From a virus (Duplodnaviria > Caudoviricetes): a stretch of DNA of 32,824 nucleotides. Made by a program: the position numbers and the translations under genes. The first letter of the stretch is position 1; every line of letters begins with the position of its first letter. Shown in pieces: positions 7,702-16,408 of this stretch. Below the pieces are notes generated by a model that worked only from the letters and a program-made list of their open reading frames with translations, did not search any database and was not told where the DNA came from. The stretch covers positions 1-32,824 of IMG/VR virus record IMGVR_UViG_3300025391_000257. One strand, written 5' to 3'.

Positions 7702-9612
7702 TTACTCTTTCGAGTCTTTGTCAACTTCTGTGAAGCTCGCATCTACAGTTTGTTCAGCTGGTTGTGGCTGTGCCTCTGCTTGTGATTTGGCACTTTCAGC
7801 GGCTTGTTTTTTGGTCATAATTGGACCAGCGGCTTCAAAAAGTTTTTGTACTGATTCTTTGATTGCTTCAGCATCTTCACCAGCACATGCAGTAGTAACT
7901 GCTGTCTTTGCTGTGTCAAATGCTGTGCGTTCTTCTTCAGTTAATTGATCTTTGTACTCTTCAAAATCCTTGTTGATACTATGAGTAGTACCCTCGGCTT
8001 GATTACGTGCATTGATCAAATCTGCTGCCTTTTTATCTGCTTCGGCATTTTCTTCAGCTTCTTTAACCATACGTTGGATTTCAGCTTCAGTTAATCCTGA
8101 ATCAGACTTGATGGTAATCTTGTTTTCTTTACCAGTATTTTTATCTTTGGCACTTACATTCAAGATACCGTTGGCATCAATGTCTAAGGTAACTTCAATC
8201 TGTGGCATACCACGCATTGCTGGAGCAATACCTTCCAAATTGAACTCGCCTAATAGTTTGTTGTACTTGAACAACTCGCGCTCACCTTGTGCAACCTTAA
8301 TAGTTACAGCTGGTTGATTGTCTTCTGCTGTTGAGAATGTTTGTGAGTGTTTAGTTGGGATTGTTGTGTTCTTAGCAATCAACTTGGTAAACACACCGCC
8401 CATTGTTTCAATACCTAATGTCAATGGAGTTACGTCCAATAACAATACGTCTGTCTTGTCGCCAGCTAACACAGCACCTTGTACTGCGGCGCCTGCGGCA
8501 ACTGCTTCGTCTGGATTAACGTCTTTACGTGGAGCCTTACCAAATAGTTTCTCAACTGCTTCTTGTACTTTAGGCATACGTGTTTGTCCACCAACTAGAA
8601 TAACTTCGTCGATGTCTGCGGCAGTTACTTTAGCATCTGCCATCGCTGTCTTGCATGGCTCGATTGAGCGTTGAATTAGTTTCTCAACCATTTGTTCAAA
8701 TTTAGCACGACTGATTGTCACGTTTAAATGCTTAGGACCACCTGCATCTGCTGTAACATATGGCAGGTTAACACTAGTTGATTGCGCTGAAGACAACTCA
8801 ATCTTAGCCTTCTCTGCGGCATCTTTCAAACGTTGTAGAGCCAGTACGTCTGACTTGAGATCGATGCCATTTTCTTTCTTAAACTCATCAACTAGGTGAT
8901 CCATTAGAACTTGGTCAAAGTCTTCACCGCCTAGGAATGTATCGCCATTTGTTGACAACACTTCAATCTGCTTGTCGCCATCGATGTTGGCAATTTCGAT
9001 AATTGAAATATCAAATGTACCACCACCTAGGTCGTATACGGCAATCTTACGATCCTTCTTGTCTGCCTTATCAACACCGTATGCTAGTGCGGCCGCTGTT
9101 GGCTCATTAATAATACGTAGAACTTCTAGACCAGCGATACGACCAGCATCTTTAGTTGCTTGACGTTGGCTGTCATTAAAGTAAGCAGGAACAGTAATAA
9201 CTGCTTGAGTAACTTCTGTACCCAAATAGTCTTCAGCAGTCTTTTTCATTTTGCGAAGTACTTCTGCTGACACTTGTTGTGGAGCAAGTTTTTCGCCATT
9301 TGCTTCGATCCATGCATCACCATTATCAGCCTTGATAATAGAATATGGCATTAAGTCGATGTCCTTCTGCACAGCTTGTTCATCAAACTTACGTCCGATT
9401 AAACGCTTGCTGGCGTAGATTGTATTCTTTGGGTTTGTGACTGCTTGTCGTTTTGCTGTTGCACCTACTAGGATCTCGTCCTTTGTATATGCAATGATTG
9501 ATGGTGTTGTTCTAGCACCTTCGCTGTTTTCGATTACTTTAGCAACTCCGTTTTCTAAGATTGCTACACAGCTATTTGTTGTACCTAAGTCGATACCGAT
9601 GATTTTGCTCAT
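7702..9612 (-). CDS. dnaK: Chaperone DnaK (Hsp70)
   Basis: [38 protein letters not shown] and linker VLLLDVTPL; full length. Confidence 0.99.
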   Translation of the reverse strand: MSKIIGIDLGTTNSCVAILENGVAKVIENSEGARTTPSIIAYTKDEILVGATAKRQAVTNPKNTIYASKRLIGRKFDEQAVQKDIDLMPYSIIKADNGDAWIEANGEKLAPQQVSAEVLRKMKKTAEDYLGTEVTQAVITVPAYFNDSQRQATKDAGRIAGLEVLRIINEPTAAALAYGVDKADKKDRKIAVYDLGGGTFDISIIEIANIDGDKQIEVLSTNGDTFLGGEDFDQVLMDHLVDEFKKENGIDLKSDVLALQRLKDAAEKAKIELSSAQSTSVNLPYVTADAGGPKHLNVTISRAKFEQMVEKLIQRSIEPCKTAMADAKVTAADIDEVILVGGQTRMPKVQEAVEKLFGKAPRKDVNPDEAVAAGAAVQGAVLAGDKTDVLLLDVTPLTLGIETMGGVFTKLIAKNTTIPTKHSQTFSTAEDNQPAVTIKVAQGERELFKYNKLLGEFNLEGIAPAMRGMPQIEVTLDIDANGILNVSAKDKNTGKENKITIKSDSGLTEAEIQRMVKEAEENAEADKKAADLINARNQAEGTTHSINKDFEEYKDQLTEEERTAFDTAKTAVTTACAGEDAEAIKESVQKLFEAAGPIMTKKQAAESAKSQAEAQPQPAEQTVDASFTEVDKDSKE

Positions 9613-9672
9613 AATTTTCTCCTTTGTTTAAGCAAGTAAATTTTGTAGGCCCTTACGGCGCTCTACAAATTT
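9613..9672 (-). promoter_or_regulatory. ROSE-like RNA thermometer leader of dnaK
   Basis: Hairpin AAATTTGTAG...CTACAAAATTT, then CTTGCT-TAAACAA-AGGAG; same layout as the hsp20 leader. Confidence 0.6.
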
Positions 9673-9691
9673 ATTTATCTCTGATAATTTA

Positions 9692-10426
9692 TTATTTTGT
9701 ATTTTCGAATATAAATTCTGCTTCTGGAATACGGGTATGTGTGTTTTTACTGCCTAATACTATAACTATACGATTTCCAATATCTGTATCTAGCATCATA
9801 ACTATACATCCACCAGAGGCATTAATGTACCCTGTTTTGCTTACTATAAATTTATGCCTTTTACCTATAATAGGGTTTGTATTCCGAAACACCAGCCAGC
9901 GTTTACGTATTTTAATTTTAACTTCACTAGTATTCGCGGCGTGTGTAATTTCTGGATAAATGCTTGCGGCATCTACTAGTCTTATTAAATCTCTAGCAGT
10001 ACTAACATTCATAATGCTAAGACCAGTAGGCTCAACAAAATTAGTGTTTGGCATTTCTAAAAGATGTGCTTTGCTATTCATAGCACGTACACATGAAGCT
10101 CGGCCTCCGGGATAGTTGTCGCACAGTAACTCAGCGGCGTGATTATCCGAACGAATTAAAGCCATGTCTATTAACTGAGCCCTAGTAAATAGACCTATAG
10201 ACTGCATAGGATCTTGATGTGCATCTAATACAATCATCACTGTCATCAGTTTGCTGATACTGGCAATACTGCGTACCTGATCGGGATTTTCACTTTGGAT
10301 TATATGTCCATTCTCGTCTGCTACTAGCCAACTTTTAGCAGTGACCTTGCTAGGCCAATCAAATGCGTAACTATGGCTACTGACAAATAATCCTATAAGG
10401 ATTATAAGTTTTCGATAGTTGACCAT
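9692..10426 (-). CDS. D-Ala-D-Ala carboxy/endopeptidase (peptidase S11, PbpG-like)
   Basis: Signal peptide; SxxK (ASISKL), SxN (RSDN) and KTG (SKTGYI). Confidence 0.92.
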   Translation of the reverse strand: MVNYRKLIILIGLFVSSHSYAFDWPSKVTAKSWLVADENGHIIQSENPDQVRSIASISKLMTVMIVLDAHQDPMQSIGLFTRAQLIDMALIRSDNHAAELLCDNYPGGRASCVRAMNSKAHLLEMPNTNFVEPTGLSIMNVSTARDLIRLVDAASIYPEITHAANTSEVKIKIRKRWLVFRNTNPIIGKRHKFIVSKTGYINASGGCIVMMLDTDIGNRIVIVLGSKNTHTRIPEAEFIFENTK

Positions 10427-10677
10427 TTTTTAAGTTTTTCACGTTTGTTTAATGCGGCTTGCTCGATGTTGGTCCAACTGATAACATCCATCTCTTGTAG
10501 GATTTCAATCATGGCATACAAATCGCCTAGTTCTTCTTCCAAGTGTTCCCTATTGGTTTTAGGTTTACCTGGTTTTAAATTATCAATACCAAAACGATGG
10601 CATTTACTAATCGCCTGAATTACTTCTGCACATTCTTCTGAAAGAATGTTCATTACTTCACGTTCTTGACTGTTCAT
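10402..10677 (-). CDS. MazG-like NTP pyrophosphohydrolase
   Basis: EECAEVIQAISK...LEEELGDL. Confidence 0.85.
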   Translation of the reverse strand: MNSQEREVMNILSEECAEVIQAISKCHRFGIDNLKPGKPKTNREHLEEELGDLYAMIEILQEMDVISWTNIEQAALNKREKLKKWSTIENL

Positions 10678-10853
10678 AAGTATTTTAAAAACTCCGCTTC
10701 TGATAAAAGTTGTCTTAGTTGAGGAATAATTTTAGCATCTACTTCATACCACAAATCTTTAGCAGTTCCGTTAGTACAACAAAACCTTAGTAGACCATTT
10801 TTTAGTTCTACCTTCATGTATACTTCACCACTAGGTTTGATTATTTCTCTCAT
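10674..10853 (-). CDS. Small hypothetical protein (59 aa, absent from the ORF track)
   Basis: MREIIKPSGEVYMKVELKNG...AEFLKYL; ATGA overlaps with the neighbours at both ends. Confidence 0.8.
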   Translation of the reverse strand: MREIIKPSGEVYMKVELKNGLLRFCCTNGTAKDLWYEVDAKIIPQLRQLLSEAEFLKYL

Positions 10854-11431
10854 CTCTGATTAGCGAAGGGAGCGATGTAAGTGCCACCGCTAGTTGTGCT
10901 AGTTCGGAGAGTATTGTAGACATTTTGTATTCCTACTGCTTGATTCCAAGCATCTTCTAATGCATGGTGCGCTGTAACGGGAGGACGCTGTGGATTGATA
11001 CCCAAGTCAAATGCTGTACGTACATCACGCACTTGCCAGTATTGCCAAGGTATTGCTTTGTTAATACGTTTAAAAACATTTTCGCAAATTACAATATCAA
11101 ACACACTGCCATTAGACCACACACGCTTGGCACCCCAGCAGAATTTATAAAGTTGCTGAAATGCATCTTCAATTTGAATTCTACCTTCGGGATCAAAAGC
11201 GGCTTCTTGCGCTTCTTTACTTTGGCTAGCCCACCAAGCGATTGTATCATCGTTAGTAACTAGTCCGATTCTATCACAACTGTCGAGATCTACTTTTACA
11301 TAGAAGCTCTCCATTGCAGGTTCTTTTAATTCTGATCCAAAAGGATCAAACTTAACAGCACCAATTGTAAGAATAGCCGCATCGGTTGATGTTGCTAGTG
11401 TTTCTAAATCTATCATAATATCTGTATTCAT
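10850..11431 (-). CDS. DEDDh 3'-5' exonuclease (Rv2179c/RNase AS-like)
   Basis: DIMIDLETL, WSNGSVFD, VRDVRT and HHALEDA. Confidence 0.88.
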   Translation of the reverse strand: MNTDIMIDLETLATSTDAAILTIGAVKFDPFGSELKEPAMESFYVKVDLDSCDRIGLVTNDDTIAWWASQSKEAQEAAFDPEGRIQIEDAFQQLYKFCWGAKRVWSNGSVFDIVICENVFKRINKAIPWQYWQVRDVRTAFDLGINPQRPPVTAHHALEDAWNQAVGIQNVYNTLRTSTTSGGTYIAPFANQR

Positions 11432-11437
11432 ACATAT

Positions 11438-11466
11438 ATTATAGCATACTTAGAACTGTGTGTCAA
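11438..11466 (-). promoter_or_regulatory. Consensus sigma70 promoter
   Basis: TTGACA-17 nt-TATAAT, ending 6 nt before the ATG at 11431. Confidence 0.85.
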
Positions 11467-11693
11467 TACATTTTTTTAGGTAATTGTTGATCTTGCAACT
11501 TTTTACGCCAACGAGCTTTGGCCGCGCCTTTTTTACGCTTACGCTCTGTAGTTGGCTTTTCGTAGAACTCTTTGGCTCTTAATACGTCCAAAAGTTTACT
11601 GTCATCAATTTTACGTTTAAATCGACGTAAGGCTTGGTTGATGTTTTCGTTATCTTTAACTGTAACACCAGTCCCTTTAGTCTTCTTGTGCAT
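11463..11693 (-). CDS. rpsU: Ribosomal protein bS21
   Basis: [19 protein letters not shown]...[14 protein letters not shown]; start at ATG 11693 after GAGG. Confidence 0.93.
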   Translation of the reverse strand: MHKKTKGTGVTVKDNENINQALRRFKRKIDDSKLLDVLRAKEFYEKPTTERKRKKGAAKARWRKKLQDQQLPKKMY

Positions 11694-12090
11694 TATCCTC
11701 ACCTTCTTGTTGGTTTTTTATTTGTTCTACAATAAAATCTAAATCATATATTCTACTTCTACTTATCAAGTGATAAGGAGTAGCTTCATCTTTAGTCATG
11801 TAATAAGCATTAGGATGTGCCAACATAAAAGAAACAAATTTTTGAGTAATCGGATCACAATTATCAATGTCAATAATTATACAATCAACTTGATTTGCTA
11901 TACTTAGCATCCACCCGATATCTGTGTCATCGTTGTCAAAAATAAAAACGTTTAGATCTTCAATACTTTGACTAAGGATAGTTTGAAACTGTTCTTTAAC
12001 ATAGTTACTAGGCTTCACCAGCAAGTATCCCAGATTTATATTAAACAACTTATCCGGTGGTGTTATTAAGGTTATTCTTCCTAGATTCAT
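11677..12090 (-). CDS. Hypothetical phage protein
   Basis: 137-aa ORF in operon orientation that overlaps the rpsU start. Confidence 0.8.
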   Translation of the reverse strand: MNLGRITLITPPDKLFNINLGYLLVKPSNYVKEQFQTILSQSIEDLNVFIFDNDDTDIGWMLSIANQVDCIIIDIDNCDPITQKFVSFMLAHPNAYYMTKDEATPYHLISRSRIYDLDFIVEQIKNQQEGEDNAQED

Positions 12091-12160
12091 ATTAACATTC
12101 TATTATTAAGTTTTGACCAAAGACTATTTGGGTTAAATTGTTCTTCATTTTGAACATATT

Positions 12161-13468
12161 CTACTCTCTTGTTTTTGTTTGCAAGATCCCGTCCTCGTCC
12201 TTGATCATGTAGGTCTTTTTTTTTGAGTTGTCCTCGGGTAAATCAACGTCCAAAGAAACTTCGTGTCCTTCACCGTTGATATATGTTTCCCCTTTTGCTA
12301 CCCTTTCTTCAACCGTAGACTCTGGTTGGGCTATTGCCTTTTCAGCTTCTTCTATCATACGGTTCCATTTATCTAATTCACTTATAGATTCAGATGAATC
12401 TACTGTAATTTCTTCTGGCGCTGTTATATCACCTCCTAGTGCAGTCGCCGGCGTTGCGATAAATTCTTCTTCACTGATATCTTCACCAATCTCATAGTCA
12501 ACAATTGGTTCTTTTTTTGGTACTTCAAATTCTGGACCAGTCTGTATCCATTCTCCTCCAGGAGTACGCACACCTTCAAATTCGGTAACAGTTTCTTTAA
12601 TCTGCTCAATTTGAGTTTCTGTCAGAGGTCCATCATCTTTCTCGTAGTCTGCAGGCTTCTCGCCTACATCTGCTACATAAGGATCAGGTGTATCTTCTTT
12701 CAAATCTTGTTGTTCTCTTGTCCATGCAAATGTCATCTGTGCGGCTAGTAACATAATAACTGCTAGTGGATCAAATACAACAACGATTAAGATAATGATC
12801 CAAGTTACTGCTCGTTCCAGCATGGACTCGTCCGGTGCTGTTCCGTAGAGGAAGGCAGCGATATACTTAATAGGGCCAACTTCGGCTTCGACCTTACGTA
12901 CTTCTGCACGTACTGGAGCCGCTTCGTCGTTAAGACTAGCAATAAGTTTCTGCTGGGCTTCAATGTCTTTGGCAAGCGAAACCCTGTCCTTCTGCTGACT
13001 CTTACGTACAGAGTTGGCTTTGTCGGCACCTTTTTCATCTGACGAGCGACCCATGATTTGGTCCACCGCTTCATCCATCTGTTTAAGTTGCTTCCTGTCA
13101 GCTTCGATATTCTCTTTGGCAGTTTTAATTTTTTCATCATATACAGCTATTTTACTCCCGACATCGCCGCTCACTAGCGTTTGATCGTTGTGTGCTTTAC
13201 TAAGGAATCCAAAGATACCCATTGATGTGATCAGCATCAGTACAATGACTGCAATAGTCATATAGTATTTCATGAAGCGTGGAGCCTTTTCCCAATTGGC
13301 TTTTAACCAAGAGGCGCAGACAAGTTTGCCAACTTCTAGTGCCGAACCCATAATGATGATGGGAATAGCGGCCGCTGAAAAGATAGCGGTCAAACCTACT
13401 ACTGAGTAATAGATTGCGACCGCCGATATTGTTAAACCTGTTAAGAGTAGTAAGTAAGCTAGTATCAT
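12161..13468 (-). CDS. Membrane-anchored coiled-coil protein with an acidic tail; candidate -1 frameshift extends it to 12087
   Basis: Three N-terminal TM helices, a coiled coil, a further TM and an acidic tail. Start probably ATG 13468. Slippery A-AAA-AAG at 12221-12215. Confidence 0.85.
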   Translation of the reverse strand: MILAYLLLLTGLTISAVAIYYSVVGLTAIFSAAAIPIIIMGSALEVGKLVCASWLKANWEKAPRFMKYYMTIAVIVLMLITSMGIFGFLSKAHNDQTLVSGDVGSKIAVYDEKIKTAKENIEADRKQLKQMDEAVDQIMGRSSDEKGADKANSVRKSQQKDRVSLAKDIEAQQKLIASLNDEAAPVRAEVRKVEAEVGPIKYIAAFLYGTAPDESMLERAVTWIIILIVVVFDPLAVIMLLAAQMTFAWTREQQDLKEDTPDPYVADVGEKPADYEKDDGPLTETQIEQIKETVTEFEGVRTPGGEWIQTGPEFEVPKKEPIVDYEIGEDISEEEFIATPATALGGDITAPEEITVDSSESISELDKWNRMIEEAEKAIAQPESTVEERVAKGETYINGEGHEVSLDVDLPEDNSKKKTYMIKDEDGILQTKTRE

Positions 13469-13487
13469 CCTGTAATTATACACTTTC

Positions 13488-13512
13488 AATAAGGACTTTG
13501 CAAGTCCTTATT
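13488..13512. terminator. Intergenic hairpin, likely terminator
   Basis: AATAAGGACTT-TGC-AAGTCCTTATT, a perfect 11-bp inverted repeat just after the 13525 gene stop. Confidence 0.6.
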
Positions 13513-13524
13513 TGTTCAATTATG

Positions 13525-14217
13525 TTATAATGGTGAACCTGCTAGAGTAGTTCCACTGATTTGAGTTACTGCTACAGTTCCAAAGATGTTAGATGCTGTT
13601 GCATTAGGTTGTGTGATTGTAACCTTAACTTGACTATCACCTTGTTGAGCTGTATTATACACACGATATGTACGATACGTATTTGATAAAATACCTGCTG
13701 TAACTATATCTTGGATAGCCAATGCTTTGGTAGTAATAGCCGTTCCACCGATACCTACATACGCTGTTTGCCCTGTAACACCATCTGCATTAGTATACGT
13801 ACCACTTGCACTTTGCCCGATTGATTTTAAATAATTATTCCATTCACCGAGGATAAACTCATCACGGTCAAATGCAACTGTGAATGTTAGCCCGGTTGGT
13901 TGTGTTGTTGCATCTGTACCGCTGGTATTTCCAGATACTTGAACATCTAAAATTCGGCAATCGCTTACCCCATCTAGCTGATTTAAAATCATGCTCCAAC
14001 GGACGTTACCCTGTGCCAAGTACAGGGCCTGTGTAGCTGTCATGCTAGTGGCGTTAGTATATGATGAGTTAGTCCAATCGTATGGATTTACACTACCGTT
14101 AGCTGTAGTTGTACCCGAAGCGACTGGGTAATATGTCGTGCTTGTCATAGTCAACACCACTTGATAAAGTGACGGTGTTAACTGATTACTATCTTGTTGG
14201 TATCCTGATCCGGCCAT
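13525..14217 (-). CDS. Hypothetical protein, probably virion structural
   Basis: T/G/S/N-rich; TAAATA at 14242-14247 and AGGAG RBS. Confidence 0.7.
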   Translation of the reverse strand: MAGSGYQQDSNQLTPSLYQVVLTMTSTTYYPVASGTTTANGSVNPYDWTNSSYTNATSMTATQALYLAQGNVRWSMILNQLDGVSDCRILDVQVSGNTSGTDATTQPTGLTFTVAFDRDEFILGEWNNYLKSIGQSASGTYTNADGVTGQTAYVGIGGTAITTKALAIQDIVTAGILSNTYRTYRVYNTAQQGDSQVKVTITQPNATASNIFGTVAVTQISGTTLAGSPL

Positions 14218-14256
14218 TTTGCCTACTCCTAGTTTATAGTATATTTAGCTATAGAA

Positions 14257-14592
14257 TTACTTAAACACAATTAACGCAAGCATGGCGGCTTGACAAAAGA
14301 AGCCAAAACCAATGGTTACAATGTTTAAAAAATCCTTTTGGATTGCGGCCTTGATAAAAAAGCAAAATAATCCAGCCCAACTAAACAAGACCATATCAAC
14401 AGGAGGCATTTTTTCAGTGAGTCCTGTTAACACTGCTAGCATCGTAGGAAGCGTAGCTAGGTGTAGCAGAATAACTGCTACCCAGCCCATTGTTTCTGCA
14501 CTTACATGAGGTGCATGTTCTTTAACATTTTTAACCCATAAATTCAAATCAAAAAGGTCATGTACTTGTTTCTTTAAAACGTCCATATTCAT
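14257..14592 (-). CDS. Small 3-TM membrane protein
   Basis: Three hydrophobic segments; follows the SleB-like hydrolase after 11 nt. Confidence 0.75.
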   Translation of the reverse strand: MNMDVLKKQVHDLFDLNLWVKNVKEHAPHVSAETMGWVAVILLHLATLPTMLAVLTGLTEKMPPVDMVLFSWAGLFCFFIKAAIQKDFLNIVTIGFGFFCQAAMLALIVFK

Positions 14593-14603
14593 GTGTATTT
14601 TCC

Positions 14604-15134
14604 TTAGTTGTAAAAGATGTGATGGCCAATTTTAGCCACGGGTTTTTTGTTCCAGCCTGGCTGTATGTAATCCCCATGGAAATATAGGGCGTTCTTTAAG
14701 TCTGGAAGACGGAAACCTTCCAATAAGACTTTCTTTGCTACTTCCATTGACTCGGTGTACATTGGCCCATTCATAGGCTTCATGGCACTTGGTGCTTCGC
14801 AGTACCAACTAAATTGGCACATGACTTTTTGGTATACTACATTCTTTTGATATACTACCTTACAGATATCACTAGGGAAATCTCCACTTTCTGTACGGTT
14901 GATTGTGACCTGAGCTACAGCTACTTTGCCTTCAAAAGGCTCACTGCCTGCTTCATGATAGATATTACGAGCTAGACAATCTAATTGTGCTTGTCTTATT
15001 TGAGCTGTAATCGGACTCGCTTGTTCGCGAGCTTGTTTTAAGTGGTCGAACTTACGAGCCACTGTAACTTGTGCTACTGAAATAATTGCTAGAATAACCA
15101 AGCAATTTACTACTAGTTTGATAATGCGTATCAT
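14604..15134 (-). CDS. SleB/Hydrolase_2 cell-wall hydrolase
   Basis: CLARNIYHEAGSEPFEGKVAVAQVTINR, CQFSW, ALYFH and IGHHIFY; start reassigned to ATG 15134 after AAGGAG; N-terminal TM or signal anchor. Confidence 0.92.
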   Translation of the reverse strand: MIRIIKLVVNCLVILAIISVAQVTVARKFDHLKQAREQASPITAQIRQAQLDCLARNIYHEAGSEPFEGKVAVAQVTINRTESGDFPSDICKVVYQKNVVYQKVMCQFSWYCEAPSAMKPMNGPMYTESMEVAKKVLLEGFRLPDLKNALYFHGDYIQPGWNKKPVAKIGHHIFYN

Positions 15135-15305
15135 TTTTTTCTCCTTTACGCTGGATGAGGTATCGCTACTACCGTCATGAGTTAATGTTTGGCTGTATCC
15201 GTTTCTCCTATAATTAATAGCCGATGCCCCAAAACCTTTCAGGGTCAATAAGTAATTATCCTCGTTTTTCAAAGGAAAAGTACTATGTTTATACTTAGTC
15301 ACAGT

Positions 15306-15713
15306 TTAACGCCTCATTCGAGAAATGTCAACTGCTTGTTCATCACTAAAAACCGGCACTGCGTTGCTTTTATGCATGGTTGCGATGCCTTTTACCTTGT
15401 CGCCAGTATAAACCTTAGCTGGAGCAAGGGTTGCATTACCGGTAAAATCTCCACGACTTTGAATGTGGGCGGTAGTATTACGGCCCTCTGGAATCTTCAA
15501 ACTGTAACTAGAACTCAAACTTTCAGCCGACATGGCACGACGGCGTTTCTTTTCTTCTAGCTCAATACCTTGACGTTTGAGTAACTCTTTCCAACTTTCT
15601 TCCAATTCTCTAGCCTTTCTAGCATGTTCTGCCGAAGCGAATTTCTTTTTGCCTTTCTTTTTGCCTGTGGTTGAATACATAGGCGGTAATAGATGCATAC
15701 TCATTAGTAACAT
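15306..15713 (-). CDS. Basic hypothetical protein typical of T4-like phages
   Basis: C-terminal VYTGDKVKGIATMHKSNAVPVFS...DISRMRR motif. Confidence 0.8.
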   Translation of the reverse strand: MLLMSMHLLPPMYSTTGKKKGKKKFASAEHARKARELEESWKELLKRQGIELEEKKRRRAMSAESLSSSYSLKIPEGRNTTAHIQSRGDFTGNATLAPAKVYTGDKVKGIATMHKSNAVPVFSDEQAVDISRMRR

Positions 15714-16027
15714 CCAATCATTGTAATATTTTTAGCATTGTTGGCAATCCAAGCACCGTACTTTTTGTGAAATTTATCATATGGCTCACCTAACTTGTTA
15801 GGATCCAATGGTAAATGATAATAACTAAGCCAGGTTTTAACTACCCCAGTTAGATCTTCTACTGACAAATGCCCCATGGCCAAATCAAGATAATTTTGAG
15901 CTTCTTTATTCACTTTGTTTTCTGACTTTCCCTTCATATCTTTGCCGCAACTATGAGCAAAGTATTGTGCATCAAATTTTAAACAATTCCAAAAATCTTG
16001 CTGATCTGGTGTCAATTTTAACTCCAA
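15704..16027 (-). CDS. Hypothetical protein
   Basis: ORF downstream of a sigma70 promoter; the real start may be TTG at 16015, 6 nt after GGAG. Confidence 0.7.
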   Translation of the reverse strand: MELKLTPDQQDFWNCLKFDAQYFAHSCGKDMKGKSENKVNKEAQNYLDLAMGHLSVEDLTGVVKTWLSYYHLPLDPNKLGEPYDKFHKKYGAWIANNAKNITMIGCY

Positions 16028-16046
16028 AAGTTATAACAATACTAGT

Positions 16047-16075
16047 ATTATACTAGCAAACCTAACTTGTGTCAA
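16047..16075 (-). promoter_or_regulatory. Consensus sigma70 promoter
   Basis: TTGACA-17 nt-TATAAT. Confidence 0.85.
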
Positions 16076-16081
16076 TTATTG

Positions 16082-16408
16082 TTATACTCGAAAACTTTCG
16101 CCGCAACCGCAACGATCGCGTTCATTTGGATTTTGAAAATCAAATCCTTCGTTGAGCCCATTGCGGACCCAATCCATTATTAAACCATTTAGATAAGGTT
16201 CGTCTTTTAAACTGACCAGTACACAGAAGTCATTTTGAGCATAATTGATTATGCCTTCTTCGCCTTCATACTTGTCCACGTACTCTAACACATAGGCTAA
16301 CCCACTGCATCCTGTAGTTCTTACACCTACCCGAATACCAACACCCTTACCACGTTTGGCAAGATTTTGTTTAATCTTCTTTTGTGCTGTGTCTGTTACG
16401 ATAATCAT
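16082..16408 (-). CDS. iscA: Fe-S cluster A-type carrier IscA
   Basis: RVGVRTTGCSGLAY and NPNERDRCGCGESF. Confidence 0.95.
   Translation of the reverse strand: MIIVTDTAQKKIKQNLAKRGKGVGIRVGVRTTGCSGLAYVLEYVDKYEGEEGIINYAQNDFCVLVSLKDEPYLNGLIMDWVRNGLNEGFDFQNPNERDRCGCGESFRV

Noticed and set aside
7702-9612. Bacterial chromosome or prophage origin suggested by dnaK, iscU, rpsU and nrdAB
   Set aside because: These genes lack their usual operon partners and are interleaved with virion genes and T4-like late promoters. No integrase or att site is seen.
12805-13140. 111-aa same-strand alternative-frame ORF inside the coiled-coil gene (also 20350-20622, 21900-22145, 22311-22565, 28079-28306)
   Set aside because: No convincing RBS or motifs; explainable by codon bias of the host gene. 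Overprinting is not excluded but is unsupported.
15135-15302. N-terminal 56-aa extension of the hydrolase in the ORF track
   Set aside because: A strong AAGGAG precedes ATG 15134, followed by a signal anchor; the upstream part looks like a leader.
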